This document shows, piece after piece, positions 20,679-29,908 of a DNA stretch of 64,000 nucleotides. Numbering within the stretch: position 1 is the first letter of the stretch; every line of letters begins with the position of its first letter. A program made the position numbers and the translations under genes. Location: contig LDYB01000007.1 of assembly GCA_001442985.1 (NCBI GenBank), positions 3,288-67,287 of the forward strand, given 5' to 3'. The stretch is from Armatimonadetes bacterium DC. GTDB taxonomy: Bacteria; Armatimonadota; Fimbriimonadia; Fimbriimonadales; GBS-DC. The notes under the pieces are model-generated. The model did not search any database. It saw only the letters and a list, made by a program, of their open reading frames with translations, and had not been told where the DNA came from.

Positions 20679-21508
20679 GTGCGGCGCTTGCGAAACTCCC
20701 CCAGAGTCAGCCCTTCCGCCTCAAGTGCCTTGCGCACCTCGCGCCAGTTGCGTCCAATCACCCCTGACGCCAGATAATAGCCCCCCGGCGCAAGCAGGGG
20801 CGGCAGCGTCGGCGCGTTCGCGATATGGAAGGTGCTGATGATGTTGCACGCGATAAAATCAAAAGTCTCGTTCAGGTCGTTCCAGTTGTCGCGCAGTTGT
20901 ACCGTGACGCGCTCGCTCACGCCGTTGCGCATCACATTCTCCTGAGCGATCTGCACGGAGAGCGGGTCGTTGTCGATTGCCAGCACGCGGGCGGCACCCA
21001 GCTTCGCACAGGCAATCGCCAGAATACCCGTGCCCGTGCCCATATCCAGCACGCGCATGCCGGGCTGAAGCCACTGGTCAATCATCTCCAGGCAGAGGGC
21101 GGTGGTGGGGTGCCCACCTGTGCCGAACGCCAGTCCGGGGTCTAACAGAATCGTTTGCTCGTTCGGTTCGGGCTTGCGTTTGCTCCATGAGGGTTGCACG
21201 CGCAGGCGTTGCCCGAACTTGCGGCTGCGGAAGTGGCGTCGCCAGAGGGTGTGCCAGTCCTTTTCGGTGATGGTTTGCACCTGCACGGCGGCGACGGGGG
21301 GCAGGTCAAACTGCGGGAGCCGGTTCAGCTTTTCCTGAATTGCGGCGACGCGCTCCGATTCGGTTTCGGGGAGGTAGCCCACAAGGCGCGGCGGCTTGTC
21401 GCATAGCTGGACGCCCGTGCAACCTGACTCAATCATCACCGCCGCCACGGTGTCCCACACCTGAGGTGGGGCTATCACCTCGATGCTGAGCCAGCGTTCG
21501 TCCTGCAC
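20642..21508 (-). CDS. prmA: Ribosomal protein L11 methyltransferase
   Basis: 'LDPGLAFGTGGHPTT', 'VLDMGTGTGILAI', 'DNDP'; GTG 21508 lies 7 nt after TATAAT. Confidence 0.92.
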   Translation of the reverse strand: MQDERWLSIEVIAPPQVWDTVAAVMIESGCTGVQLCDKPPRLVGYLPETESERVAAIQEKLNRLPQFDLPPVAAVQVQTITEKDWHTLWRRHFRSRKFGQRLRVQPSWSKRKPEPNEQTILLDPGLAFGTGGHPTTALCLEMIDQWLQPGMRVLDMGTGTGILAIACAKLGAARVLAIDNDPLSVQIAQENVMRNGVSERVTVQLRDNWNDLNETFDFIACNIISTFHIANAPTLPPLLAPGGYYLASGVIGRNWREVRKALEAEGLTLGEFRKRRTWTASLFQKSAS

Positions 21509-21516
21509 GGTGGGGA

Positions 21517-22011
21517 TTATACCCTGCTGGTGAGTTGCTGGCGTGCGGCGTCGCGACGGGCGAGCCGTTCGGCGCGGCGCTGGTCTGCCTGCTCCCACTT
21601 GAGGCGCTCCTCCTCGGTCTGGGGCAACACAGGCGGCACAGGGGTTGGGCGTCCCGAAGAATCCAGCGCCACATACACCAGATAGGCGACGGAAGTGATT
21701 CGCCGCTCGCCCGTGAGCAGGTTCTCCGCCTCCACCACCGCCTCCACTTCCATCGAGGTGCGCCACGAGCGGGTAATCCGCGCCCGCACATGCACCAGAT
21801 TGCCCACATGCACGGGCTGGCAGAAGTTGACGGAGTCTATCTCCACCGTTACGGCGGGGGCGCGCGCATGGCGTGAGGCGACAATCCCACCCGCTTCGTC
21901 AATCAGTTTCAGAATCCAGCCGCCATGCACATTGCCCAGAGGGTTCGCGTGTTCGGGGTTCATCATCTGGGTCAGGATGACCTCAGTCTCTGCTGGGGTT
22001 CGCGCTTCCAT
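21517..22011 (-). CDS. Acyl-CoA thioesterase (YciA-like hotdog fold)
   Basis: 'ANPLGNVHGGWILKLIDE', 'RTSMEV', 'YVALD..GRP'. Confidence 0.9.
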   Translation of the reverse strand: MEARTPAETEVILTQMMNPEHANPLGNVHGGWILKLIDEAGGIVASRHARAPAVTVEIDSVNFCQPVHVGNLVHVRARITRSWRTSMEVEAVVEAENLLTGERRITSVAYLVYVALDSSGRPTPVPPVLPQTEEERLKWEQADQRRAERLARRDAARQQLTSRV

Positions 22012-23347
22012 CGGGAGAATTGTACCTTGCGAGCAGGGCGTTCACGGCGTTCTCCGCGCTTTCCAGTGCGCCCTCCATGTAGCCCACGAAGAGGCTGAGG
22101 TAGTCGCCTGCGAAGTAGAGGCGTCCCTCGGGTTCGCGGAGTAGCGGAAGCGCCTGCGTGAGGTAGCCTGGCGCGTGATAAATATAGGCGTGCTGGGCGA
22201 AGGGGTCTGCGCCACACGCATAGCTTTCGGCATGGAGGGAATCGGCGCGGCAGCCGGGGTACATCACCTCCATCACCTGCAGGCAGGTTTCAATCCGCTC
22301 CTGTGGGGAGCGTGTCGCCCACTTGCGGGCAGGTTCGCCCCCGACCCAGAAGGAGAGGATGCCCGTCTTGCCCGGCATGCCGTCGGTCTCTTCCCAGATG
22401 GCGGAGATGTCGGGGTTATGAGCGATTCGGCGCGGCGCGTTTTGACGCCAGAATCGGCGGCGGAACAGAATCAGCGTGCGCACGACCTGCCCTGCACCTG
22501 CCAGTGCGAGCGCCTCCCGTCGCGCCGCGCTCAGCGGCGGCTCCCACTCTATTTGAGGAATCACGGGGAAGGGAAGCGCCACAACCGCATCACGGGCAAC
22601 AACGGTGCGCACCTGCCCTGATTGGCGATAGGAAACCCGCACGCCCGATGGCTCCTGAACCACTTTCTCCACAATCGCACCCAGCCGCAGCGAGACGCCG
22701 CACGCGCTCAGGTGTTGCGCCAGCGCCATCGGGAGGCTTTCTGTGCCCTCTACAATCCGAAACGCGCCCAGCTCCACACCCTTGCCATAGAACCGCTCCT
22801 GCGCCACAAGGCTGAACATGGAGACCTGCTCTGGCTCGGCAGCCTCGAGGTTGCGGGTGTAGCGGCGGAACAGCGGCTCGCCTGCCTGCCAGAGACCCCG
22901 CTCTTCTGCCCAGTCGCGCATCGTGCGAAGGTCCAGCGCACGCACCATTTCGGGCGCCCTCCAGGGGGCAGCAGGGTCGGGAATCTGGGGCGCAAGCTCG
23001 TTCAGAACTCCTGCCCAGAATCGGCGCCACGCCTGATGTGCGGCTCGCCCGATCGCACGAGAGGGAGTGAGACCCCAGAAATCGGGGCGTTCGCCGAGGG
23101 TCAGCCCCAGCGTGCGCGCCAGATTCAACAGGCGATGATGATTGGAGTCGATAAACTCCGCGCCCAGCTCGCCATGCTGACTCGTATCGGGAGGCTGCCA
23201 TGTTGCCACGCGCCCCCCAACGCGCTCTCGCGCCTCTAAAATACAGACCGAATATCCCTGCTTCTGAAGGAGATACGCCGCATAAAGCCCTGCAAGACCA
23301 GCCCCTAAAACAACAGTATCATATCTGTTCGGCTCGTCAGCACACAT
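21983..23347 (-). CDS. Flavin-containing amine oxidase
   Basis: 'VLGAGLAGL', 'EARERVGGR', 'ELGAEFI', 'YFAGD', 'YMEGALESA'. Confidence 0.9.
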   Translation of the reverse strand: MCADEPNRYDTVVLGAGLAGLYAAYLLQKQGYSVCILEARERVGGRVATWQPPDTSQHGELGAEFIDSNHHRLLNLARTLGLTLGERPDFWGLTPSRAIGRAAHQAWRRFWAGVLNELAPQIPDPAAPWRAPEMVRALDLRTMRDWAEERGLWQAGEPLFRRYTRNLEAAEPEQVSMFSLVAQERFYGKGVELGAFRIVEGTESLPMALAQHLSACGVSLRLGAIVEKVVQEPSGVRVSYRQSGQVRTVVARDAVVALPFPVIPQIEWEPPLSAARREALALAGAGQVVRTLILFRRRFWRQNAPRRIAHNPDISAIWEETDGMPGKTGILSFWVGGEPARKWATRSPQERIETCLQVMEVMYPGCRADSLHAESYACGADPFAQHAYIYHAPGYLTQALPLLREPEGRLYFAGDYLSLFVGYMEGALESAENAVNALLARYNSPDGSANPSRD

Positions 23348-23380
23348 TGTCTCACCCTGCGGTTGCAGTTGTCAATTAGT
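23343..23380. repeat. 38-bp direct repeat, left island boundary
   Basis: CACATTGTCTCACCCTGCGGTTGCAGTTGTCAATTAGT, exact copy at 32148-32185. Confidence 0.95.
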
Positions 23381-24255
23381 CAAGCACTGATTGGCGCAGG
23401 GCATAAAACCGTCTGTTTTGCGTGGCTGTTTGTTTTCGTTAGGCAGGAATCTCTCCATTCTGTGCGAATCGTAGTATTAGCAAGGAGGGCGACGATGCCT
23501 ACTTTGTGGGTTCACGGACAACAGAAGCCTGCGCGGAGGCTTGGGAAGGCACTCTGTTCGGCATCCGCGGGCAATCTCGCACGGGGGGGGGGCGATGACC
23601 GACACTCGGCACTTTCCCGACGAGTCGCCGCGCGACCTGCCACTCGAATGGCAGCGTGCTATGCGCGTCGCCCTCCGACTGCTGGCACAGCGCTATCCCA
23701 ACCCTTGCCCCGATCCGCACGAATGGAAACGGGATTGCGAACAGGAAGCCTATGTCGCGCTTGCTGAGGCTGCTCCCCGCTATGCCTGCCCCGATCCACC
23801 GCCTGCCGATCCTGAGCGGCATCACCTGTTGTGGCTAGCCAATCAGGCATATAATGCCCTGCGACGGTGGTGGCGTCAGGAAGTGCAGTACTACGCGCAC
23901 ACCGTGCCGATGGTGGTGGAGGAGGAAACGGGCGAGGAGGTGGAGATTGAGTTGGAGGATGCGGTGGCGGAGGCAGCGGTGCTGGCAGTGTTGGAGCGGA
24001 TGTTTTGTGCGCAGGTATTGGAGCAGCTCTCCCCCTATTTGGATGCGAGGGACTGGGGGGTGTTGCAGGGTTTGGCGGAGGGGAGAACCCAGTCGGAGGT
24101 GGCACAGGAGTTGGGGATGACACAGCAGGCAGTGAGTAAGCGTTTGGGGGCGCTTCGGCGTTTGGCGCGGGCGATTTTGGGGGAATTGGGGTGCGAGTGG
24201 TTGTAATTTTTGCGGCTGGATGGCATGTATAAGTAGGAGGCGGGAATGGTGGTGT
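23379..24255 (+). repeat. 877-bp sigma module, copy 1
   Basis: Matches 28995-29871 (offset 5616) with only two substitutions seen. Confidence 0.95.
23595..24206 (+). CDS. Sigma70-family (ECF/SigH-like) factor, copy 1
   Basis: Region-2-like 'DCEQEAYVALAEAAPRY...WLANQAYNALRRWWR'; region-4 HTH 'EGRTQSEVAQELGMTQQAVSKRL'. Confidence 0.75.
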   Translation: MTDTRHFPDESPRDLPLEWQRAMRVALRLLAQRYPNPCPDPHEWKRDCEQEAYVALAEAAPRYACPDPPPADPERHHLLWLANQAYNALRRWWRQEVQYYAHTVPMVVEEETGEEVEIELEDAVAEAAVLAVLERMFCAQVLEQLSPYLDARDWGVLQGLAEGRTQSEVAQELGMTQQAVSKRLGALRRLARAILGELGCEWL

Positions 24256-24304
24256 GGAACCACCCTGCCTGCCAACAGACCAAAACGATGGAGGAGGACA
24301 AACG

Positions 24305-24931
24305 ATGCGTATCCAGTATACTGTTCTTATTCTGATCGTTTGGATGATGCTCCAAACGCCCCAGACTCGTCTTGCATCGCGTTCCGAAGCTGTCGACTCA
24401 CTGTTTGTATTACTCAAGCCCGGACAAGTTTATACTCTTCGCTTTGATAAGCCTTTACCTGTAAGTGGTAAAAGTGAGTCTGAAAGACCCCCTTATAGGG
24501 AATGGGGGGCAGGATATGTGGAATTCATAGAAGTCAATCCGCGTTTTATCCGGTTTCGTACTCTCACCTTGGAAGAAGCACTGAAAGAGGTAGAGAGAAC
24601 AAACGCTAAGATCAAAAAGTGGGGAGGCGAGCCTGTTAATCCTGACTCCGTTCGTAGTGAATACGAAGGAGGATCCCCCTTTAACTTGGTTTACTATCTA
24701 TGGTCGCCTCCTCAGGGGAATAGACCCGCCGTCAACAAGGATCTGCTTTTAGTTAGTTTTAGTATAGAGACTCCGCAAAGGCTGACTGTCGCCCATAAGA
24801 AACGCGTGGGCACTAAAGGACTAGAGATCAAGCCAATGCTGAATCGCACGGGCGCGCGTCTTTTTCTTATCCCTGAAGGAAAAGGGTCAGCCTTATACAT
24901 TGTGCCTTCCAACAAGCGTTATTCACCATAA
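24305..24931 (+). CDS. Hypothetical secreted protein
   Basis: RBS GGAGGA, signal-peptide-like N-terminus; no recognised domain. Confidence 0.65.
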   Translation: MRIQYTVLILIVWMMLQTPQTRLASRSEAVDSLFVLLKPGQVYTLRFDKPLPVSGKSESERPPYREWGAGYVEFIEVNPRFIRFRTLTLEEALKEVERTNAKIKKWGGEPVNPDSVRSEYEGGSPFNLVYYLWSPPQGNRPAVNKDLLLVSFSIETPQRLTVAHKKRVGTKGLEIKPMLNRTGARLFLIPEGKGSALYIVPSNKRYSP

Positions 24932-24934
24932 TAT

Positions 24935-25120
24935 TTGGAGGCGCAGCAGGTATTGCCGCCTTTCTGGGTCGTGCCGTTGACGGTGCGTGTGGACACGACG
25001 GGAAAGTCGGCAGGAGAACACCTCCAGCGTGTGGAACTGATTGTGCGGGATGGTCGCTATAGCTGGCGTGAGGGGATAGCGGTTCGGCTCACGGTGCAAT
25101 CCGCCTTCAAATCACGATAG
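24935..25120 (+). pseudogene. 3' fragment of an Ig-like (DUF1573-like) protein
   Basis: 'PLTVRVDTTGKSAGEHLQRVEL' resembles a DUF1573-type C-terminus; no good start or RBS. Confidence 0.4.
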
Positions 25121-25126
25121 GAGGCG

Positions 25127-25504
25127 ATGGAGATGACGAGACGAGTAATGCAGATCAGTATGTGGACGCTGGCTCTCGTGATTATCTTGCCAGTGACTAC
25201 GCTCATTTCATGTGGTGGCTGTCCAGATACACGCTCTGCAACGCATAACGAGGATCGCTATATCGAATGCATTGACACTCACTGCCATACCTGTTGGCGA
25301 TACGCTAGACCTATCCGGCAGGATTTCTGCGTTGGTGGCGCGAACGGCATGAGCTGCAAGTGCACTTCAAGAATGGTAGTTATCGATGTCAGCAGCTTTA
25401 AATGCGATCACTCGTGTAATTGCACATTTATCCCCGTTGGAAGACCGTTCACTTTTGAGGTTGAGGAACGCACCTGTTCCACCAGTTCCTGCCTAATTCC
25501 GTGA
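25127..25504 (+). CDS. Small Cys-rich putative lipoprotein (13 Cys)
   Basis: RBS AGGAGG; signal peptide ending in lipobox-like LISC; 12 further Cys. Confidence 0.7.
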   Translation: MEMTRRVMQISMWTLALVIILPVTTLISCGGCPDTRSATHNEDRYIECIDTHCHTCWRYARPIRQDFCVGGANGMSCKCTSRMVVIDVSSFKCDHSCNCTFIPVGRPFTFEVEERTCSTSSCLIP

Positions 25505-25534
25505 GTCCCGAAGCCGCTCAGGGAGAGGAAAGGC

Positions 25535-26671
25535 ATGCGAAGAGTAGCACTGGGGCTTTGCAAATGGCTGGCTTTGCTAAGTGTATTGTACGCCCAGACA
25601 GGAGGCGTGCTGGAGCGCCTGCAGCGATATCAGCAGCAGTACGATGAATGGGCATCCCAGCACACCTTCTTCTGGCAAATCGTGTACTCTGAATCGAACA
25701 ACCTGGCAGCCGTTGAGCAGGAACTTACTTCTCGGAGAGAGACTGGTCATTTCAGAATTCTGACCCCTCCCTCAATGTCAGTGGTTGCACACCTTACAAT
25801 TGCTCGCACCCCAGAACTAAGCATGGTAGTGCTTAAACATGTAAGCGGTGATTGGTTTCCTGGCTACAGTAAGGTTCTACGCATCTATCGAGGGCGGGAC
25901 TGGCTGTCAGTCGATGGGGGCGAGGCAGGAGGGGTAGACACAGAGCAAATCTCCCAGACTGTTTATATTATACCTCTTCCGCAAGGAAAGCATATTTTGC
26001 TGGACTCGTTGTCCTTCGCACCAACCCTGCATCCCGCTTTTTTCGCTGGGACCAGTCCTTTTGAACCAGCATTTAAATGCATTCCGCGCCCCGAATGGCT
26101 TCTCGACAAAGCAACAGATTCCCAGATTATCCTGAAACAGCTATTTGAGAATGGGGCTGCCGAGAAAGGGGGTTATTACCTGATTCTTCATCCTGAAGGC
26201 TGGGTTCAAGAATTTCAGGTACGACCGAATCCCACCACGATTCAAAGTCGGATTACCGTCCTAAAGACCCAGAGGCATGGCAACTTTGTTGTACCTTCGG
26301 AAGTGCTGGCAGAGTTTCGTTGGAAGAATTTTAGTCAAGCGCGTTTGGTTGCGCGACTGGTTCGCCTTGAAAAGACTGGAACAGTCAAGGTAGAGCATCC
26401 TATCGGTGCGCATGTCAGCGATTATCGACTCACGAACCCCGACCAGTGGTGCACTGATGGTGCGGGCAAAGTGGTGAATTATATCTGGAAAGGTCAGTTA
26501 CCCACTCTAACAGAGCTGGAGCAGAGGTATCAGGCAGCTTCTCCGCCAGCGGGTATCCCCATTCCACCTGCCCGGCAAGGGCGGTGGTGGCTCTATTTAC
26601 CAGGTATCCTTTTAGTTGTTGCAGGCGCCTATCTATGGTGGCGTAGCAAGCGGGTGACGAAGATGGGGTGA
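25535..26671 (+). CDS. Secreted protein with C-terminal membrane anchor
   Basis: Signal peptide; Pro-rich linker + TM + basic tail 'WWLYLPGILLVVAGAYLWWRSKR'. Confidence 0.7.
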   Translation: MRRVALGLCKWLALLSVLYAQTGGVLERLQRYQQQYDEWASQHTFFWQIVYSESNNLAAVEQELTSRRETGHFRILTPPSMSVVAHLTIARTPELSMVVLKHVSGDWFPGYSKVLRIYRGRDWLSVDGGEAGGVDTEQISQTVYIIPLPQGKHILLDSLSFAPTLHPAFFAGTSPFEPAFKCIPRPEWLLDKATDSQIILKQLFENGAAEKGGYYLILHPEGWVQEFQVRPNPTTIQSRITVLKTQRHGNFVVPSEVLAEFRWKNFSQARLVARLVRLEKTGTVKVEHPIGAHVSDYRLTNPDQWCTDGAGKVVNYIWKGQLPTLTELEQRYQAASPPAGIPIPPARQGRWWLYLPGILLVVAGAYLWWRSKRVTKMG

Positions 26672-27489
26672 AAAGAAGCGGTTTTTCCCTTGCAGAGTTG
26701 CTGGTGGTCATCGGTATTCTCATGCTGCTGACCGCACTACTGTTTCCCGTGCTACAATCCGCACGAGAGGGTGGACGGCGTAGTAAATGTATCACCCAAA
26801 TGCGCCAGCTCGGACACAGCGTGCTGACGTATCTTGCCGACTTCGATGAAACCTATCCCATGGCGGCTTATGTGCAGCCTTCCGCACCCAACGGAGGGTG
26901 CCTCTTCACACTTTACCACGCACTGGCGCCTTATATTCAAGATAAGCAAATCGTGGTCTGCCCGTCCGACAATCGTCCAGTGGATGTGGTTCAGGTGTTT
27001 GCCAATCACTGGGAGCTTTGTCCTGCGATGGGGTTTCGGCACACCAGCTATATGGCAAACTGGTGCCTATTCGAGGTAGGCTGGCTACCGCCGTGGCTAT
27101 CTTTACCGCATCAGGTGATTTCCGCAAGCAAGCTGGAGTATATTGCCCAGACGGTAGCTTTCTTCGACGCGGTGATGACCGGTCCTCCGGGTTTAACACC
27201 CTATGTGCAGGGGCGCCATCTGGAGATCGCCATCGCCAACTTCGCAGATGGACACGCGCAGCCGCTACATACGCGCTACACTGCGATAGCGATTCCGCGT
27301 GGGGACGGCGGTACCGCACCACTTTATTGCCTGCTCGATGTGGGACCCTATTATTCCGGAGATGGCTTTTGTGAAGGGATGATATTCGGGTTAGCAGCCA
27401 AGCGTCGGGATGGGCGCTGGTGCTGGCACTGTCCAGGACGACCGCGTGAAAGTCGCTGGTATATGCAAGGCAGTTGTGAGACTCCATAA
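26668..27489 (+). CDS. Prepilin-type / DUF1559-like protein
   Basis: 'GFSLAELLVVIGI...FPVLQSARE..R...C', 'RHLEIAIANFADGHA'; Cys-rich tail. Confidence 0.88.
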   Translation: MKRSGFSLAELLVVIGILMLLTALLFPVLQSAREGGRRSKCITQMRQLGHSVLTYLADFDETYPMAAYVQPSAPNGGCLFTLYHALAPYIQDKQIVVCPSDNRPVDVVQVFANHWELCPAMGFRHTSYMANWCLFEVGWLPPWLSLPHQVISASKLEYIAQTVAFFDAVMTGPPGLTPYVQGRHLEIAIANFADGHAQPLHTRYTAIAIPRGDGGTAPLYCLLDVGPYYSGDGFCEGMIFGLAAKRRDGRWCWHCPGRPRESRWYMQGSCETP

Positions 27490-27519
27490 ACTATCCTTTG
27501 GTAGAAAGAGGGTCGGTGG

Positions 27520-29022
27520 ATGTGGGGCGCCGCAGGCTTAATCATCAGTGGTTGTGGACTGGCATTGGCATTTACGCCAGGGAAGGGGTGGTTACTGTTA
27601 TGGATGCCAGCACTCACTTTCTGGCTGCTGCGCAATGTGGGTTGGCGTCCTGGACTGATAGGCGGCTGGCTCTGGGGTTTGAGCTTCTATCTGGTTCATG
27701 GCTTTTGGGGACTGCCTGTGTTTGAGCAACGAGCGGCGTCACCACTCTACGCGGGCATAGCCTGGGCAATCACCGCTTTGTGGTTGGGCTTCTTTTACGC
27801 ACTCTTCGGATTACTCCTGAATCTCATCCCAACAACGAGCTGGTTTGGGCGCGCCGTTGGAGGCGCCTCCGCGTGGACAGTTTGCCAGTGGTTGCAGGGC
27901 CTGGGTTCCTACAGTCTGCCCTGGGCACAGTGGGGAATAGCCCTGACCCAAATACCACTCCTGATTCAGCTGGTCGATTTAGGCGGTGTGTGGTTCTTAG
28001 AATGGATGATCGCCTACTGGAACATGCTGCTGTGCGAGTTCGTTCGTGGAACAACCGAGCAATTGGCTACAGCACAGCTACGAAACAAGGTGGCAGCCAT
28101 GCTAATCGTGGTCGCTTTGTTTTGGGGGAGCTATGGCGCGCTTCGTTTAAATCAATACAGAGATACTGACTTGAGCAAGGAAGCGACGAAGATACGTGTG
28201 GGTATATTGCAGTATCAAGAGCATCCTATCGCAGAGCGCAACGAACAGGTTCTTGACTTCTGGATTACCAAAACTCAACAACATAAACCGGAGTGGCTGG
28301 TTCTGCCCGAATCGACAGTGCAGCTTGACCCATCCAACCCTGACTGGCAACGCTGGCAGCAGCACATCCGAACCCTCAATAGCATGGTACTGGTGGGCAC
28401 GGGACGTCGCGTGGGTTCTGGATATCGGGCGAACAGTGCCTGTTTACTGATGGCAGATCGGGAGCCAGTATGTTCCGATAAAGTGAAACTGATGCCCTTC
28501 ACAGAGTTACCTCCACCCCTGCCAACGCTCAGCTTCTGGCAAGCACTCGGACTGGATTCCAAGAGTACCGTCCAATCCGGTAAACAGCCCATAGCCCTGC
28601 AAGGCGCGGATGGCAGGCGGGTGGGCGCATTGATTTGCGTCGAGTCGTTGTATGGCTGGGTGGCACGCGAGATGGTGAGGAATGACGCCCAGTGGATCGC
28701 TGTATTGACCAACGATGAGTGGCTCCCCTCAGGGATGACTCGCGGGCAGTTTGCTCAGTATTGTGCCCTGCGTGCAGTGGAATGTCGCCGCTGGATTGCG
28801 CGGGCGTCTTCGGTGGGTGTTAGTGGGTTTTATGCGCCGACAGGGGAACTCGTCGCGTCGTTGCCGATGGGCAAGCCGGGCGTGCTGGTATACCCCATCA
28901 CCCCTCGCACTGACCAGACCCTCTATGTGCGTTGGGGCGACTGGTGGGTCTATCTCTGTTTAGCAGCGATGATTGTCGTATGGCTCGGACGGTTGTCAAG
29001 CACTGATTGGCGCAGGGCATAA
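27520..29022 (+). CDS. lnt: Apolipoprotein N-acyltransferase
   Basis: N-terminal TMs; nitrilase triad 'LPES', 'KVKLMPFTE', 'LICVES'; 'TND.W', 'RAVE.RR', 'TLYVRWGD'. Confidence 0.88.
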   Translation: MWGAAGLIISGCGLALAFTPGKGWLLLWMPALTFWLLRNVGWRPGLIGGWLWGLSFYLVHGFWGLPVFEQRAASPLYAGIAWAITALWLGFFYALFGLLLNLIPTTSWFGRAVGGASAWTVCQWLQGLGSYSLPWAQWGIALTQIPLLIQLVDLGGVWFLEWMIAYWNMLLCEFVRGTTEQLATAQLRNKVAAMLIVVALFWGSYGALRLNQYRDTDLSKEATKIRVGILQYQEHPIAERNEQVLDFWITKTQQHKPEWLVLPESTVQLDPSNPDWQRWQQHIRTLNSMVLVGTGRRVGSGYRANSACLLMADREPVCSDKVKLMPFTELPPPLPTLSFWQALGLDSKSTVQSGKQPIALQGADGRRVGALICVESLYGWVAREMVRNDAQWIAVLTNDEWLPSGMTRGQFAQYCALRAVECRRWIARASSVGVSGFYAPTGELVASLPMGKPGVLVYPITPRTDQTLYVRWGDWWVYLCLAAMIVVWLGRLSSTDWRRA

Positions 29023-29871
29023 AACCGTCTGTTTTGCGTGGCTGTTTGTTTTCGTTAGGCAGGAATCTCTCCATTCTGTGCGAATCGTAGTATTAGCAAG
29101 GAGGGCGACGATGCCTACTTTGTGGGTTCACGGACAACAGAAGCCTGCGCGGAGGCTTGGGAAGGCACTCTGTTCGGCATCCGCGGGCAATCTCGCAGGG
29201 GGGGGGGGCGATGACCGACACTCGGCACTTTCCCGACGAGTCGCCGCGCGACCTGCCACTCGAATGGCAGCGTGCTATGCGCGTCGCCCTCCGACTGCTG
29301 GCACAGCGCTATCCCAACCCTTGCCCCGACCCGCACGAATGGAAACGGGATTGCGAACAGGAAGCCTATGTCGCGCTTGCTGAGGCTGCTCCCCGCTATG
29401 CCTGCCCCGATCCACCGCCTGCCGATCCTGAGCGGCATCACCTGTTGTGGCTAGCCAATCAGGCATATAATGCCCTGCGACGGTGGTGGCGTCAGGAAGT
29501 GCAGTACTACGCGCACACCGTGCCGATGGTGGTGGAGGAGGAAACGGGCGAGGAGGTGGAGATTGAGTTGGAGGATGCGGTGGCGGAGGCAGCGGTGCTG
29601 GCAGTGTTGGAGCGGATGTTTTGTGCGCAGGTATTGGAGCAGCTCTCCCCCTATTTGGATGCGAGGGACTGGGGGGTGTTGCAGGGTTTGGCGGAGGGGA
29701 GAACCCAGTCGGAGGTGGCACAGGAGTTGGGGATGACACAGCAGGCAGTGAGTAAGCGTTTGGGGGCGCTTCGGCGTTTGGCGCGGGCGATTTTGGGGGA
29801 ATTGGGGTGCGAGTGGTTGTAATTTTTGCGGCTGGATGGCATGTATAAGTAGGAGGCGGGAATGGTGGTGT
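28995..29871 (+). repeat. 877-bp sigma module, copy 2
   Basis: Matches 23379-24255; begins within the last codons of lnt. Confidence 0.95.
29211..29822 (+). CDS. Sigma70-family (ECF/SigH-like) factor, copy 2
   Basis: Protein identical to 23595-24206. Confidence 0.75.
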   Translation: MTDTRHFPDESPRDLPLEWQRAMRVALRLLAQRYPNPCPDPHEWKRDCEQEAYVALAEAAPRYACPDPPPADPERHHLLWLANQAYNALRRWWRQEVQYYAHTVPMVVEEETGEEVEIELEDAVAEAAVLAVLERMFCAQVLEQLSPYLDARDWGVLQGLAEGRTQSEVAQELGMTQQAVSKRLGALRRLARAILGELGCEWL

Positions 29872-29908
29872 TCTCCCGCCTGCCAACGAACCAAAACGAT
29901 GGAGGAGA

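Noticed and set aside
23659-24417. Pro-rich minus-strand ORFs over the sigma genes (also 29275-30012)
   Set aside because: Antisense artefact of the G-rich sigma coding strand
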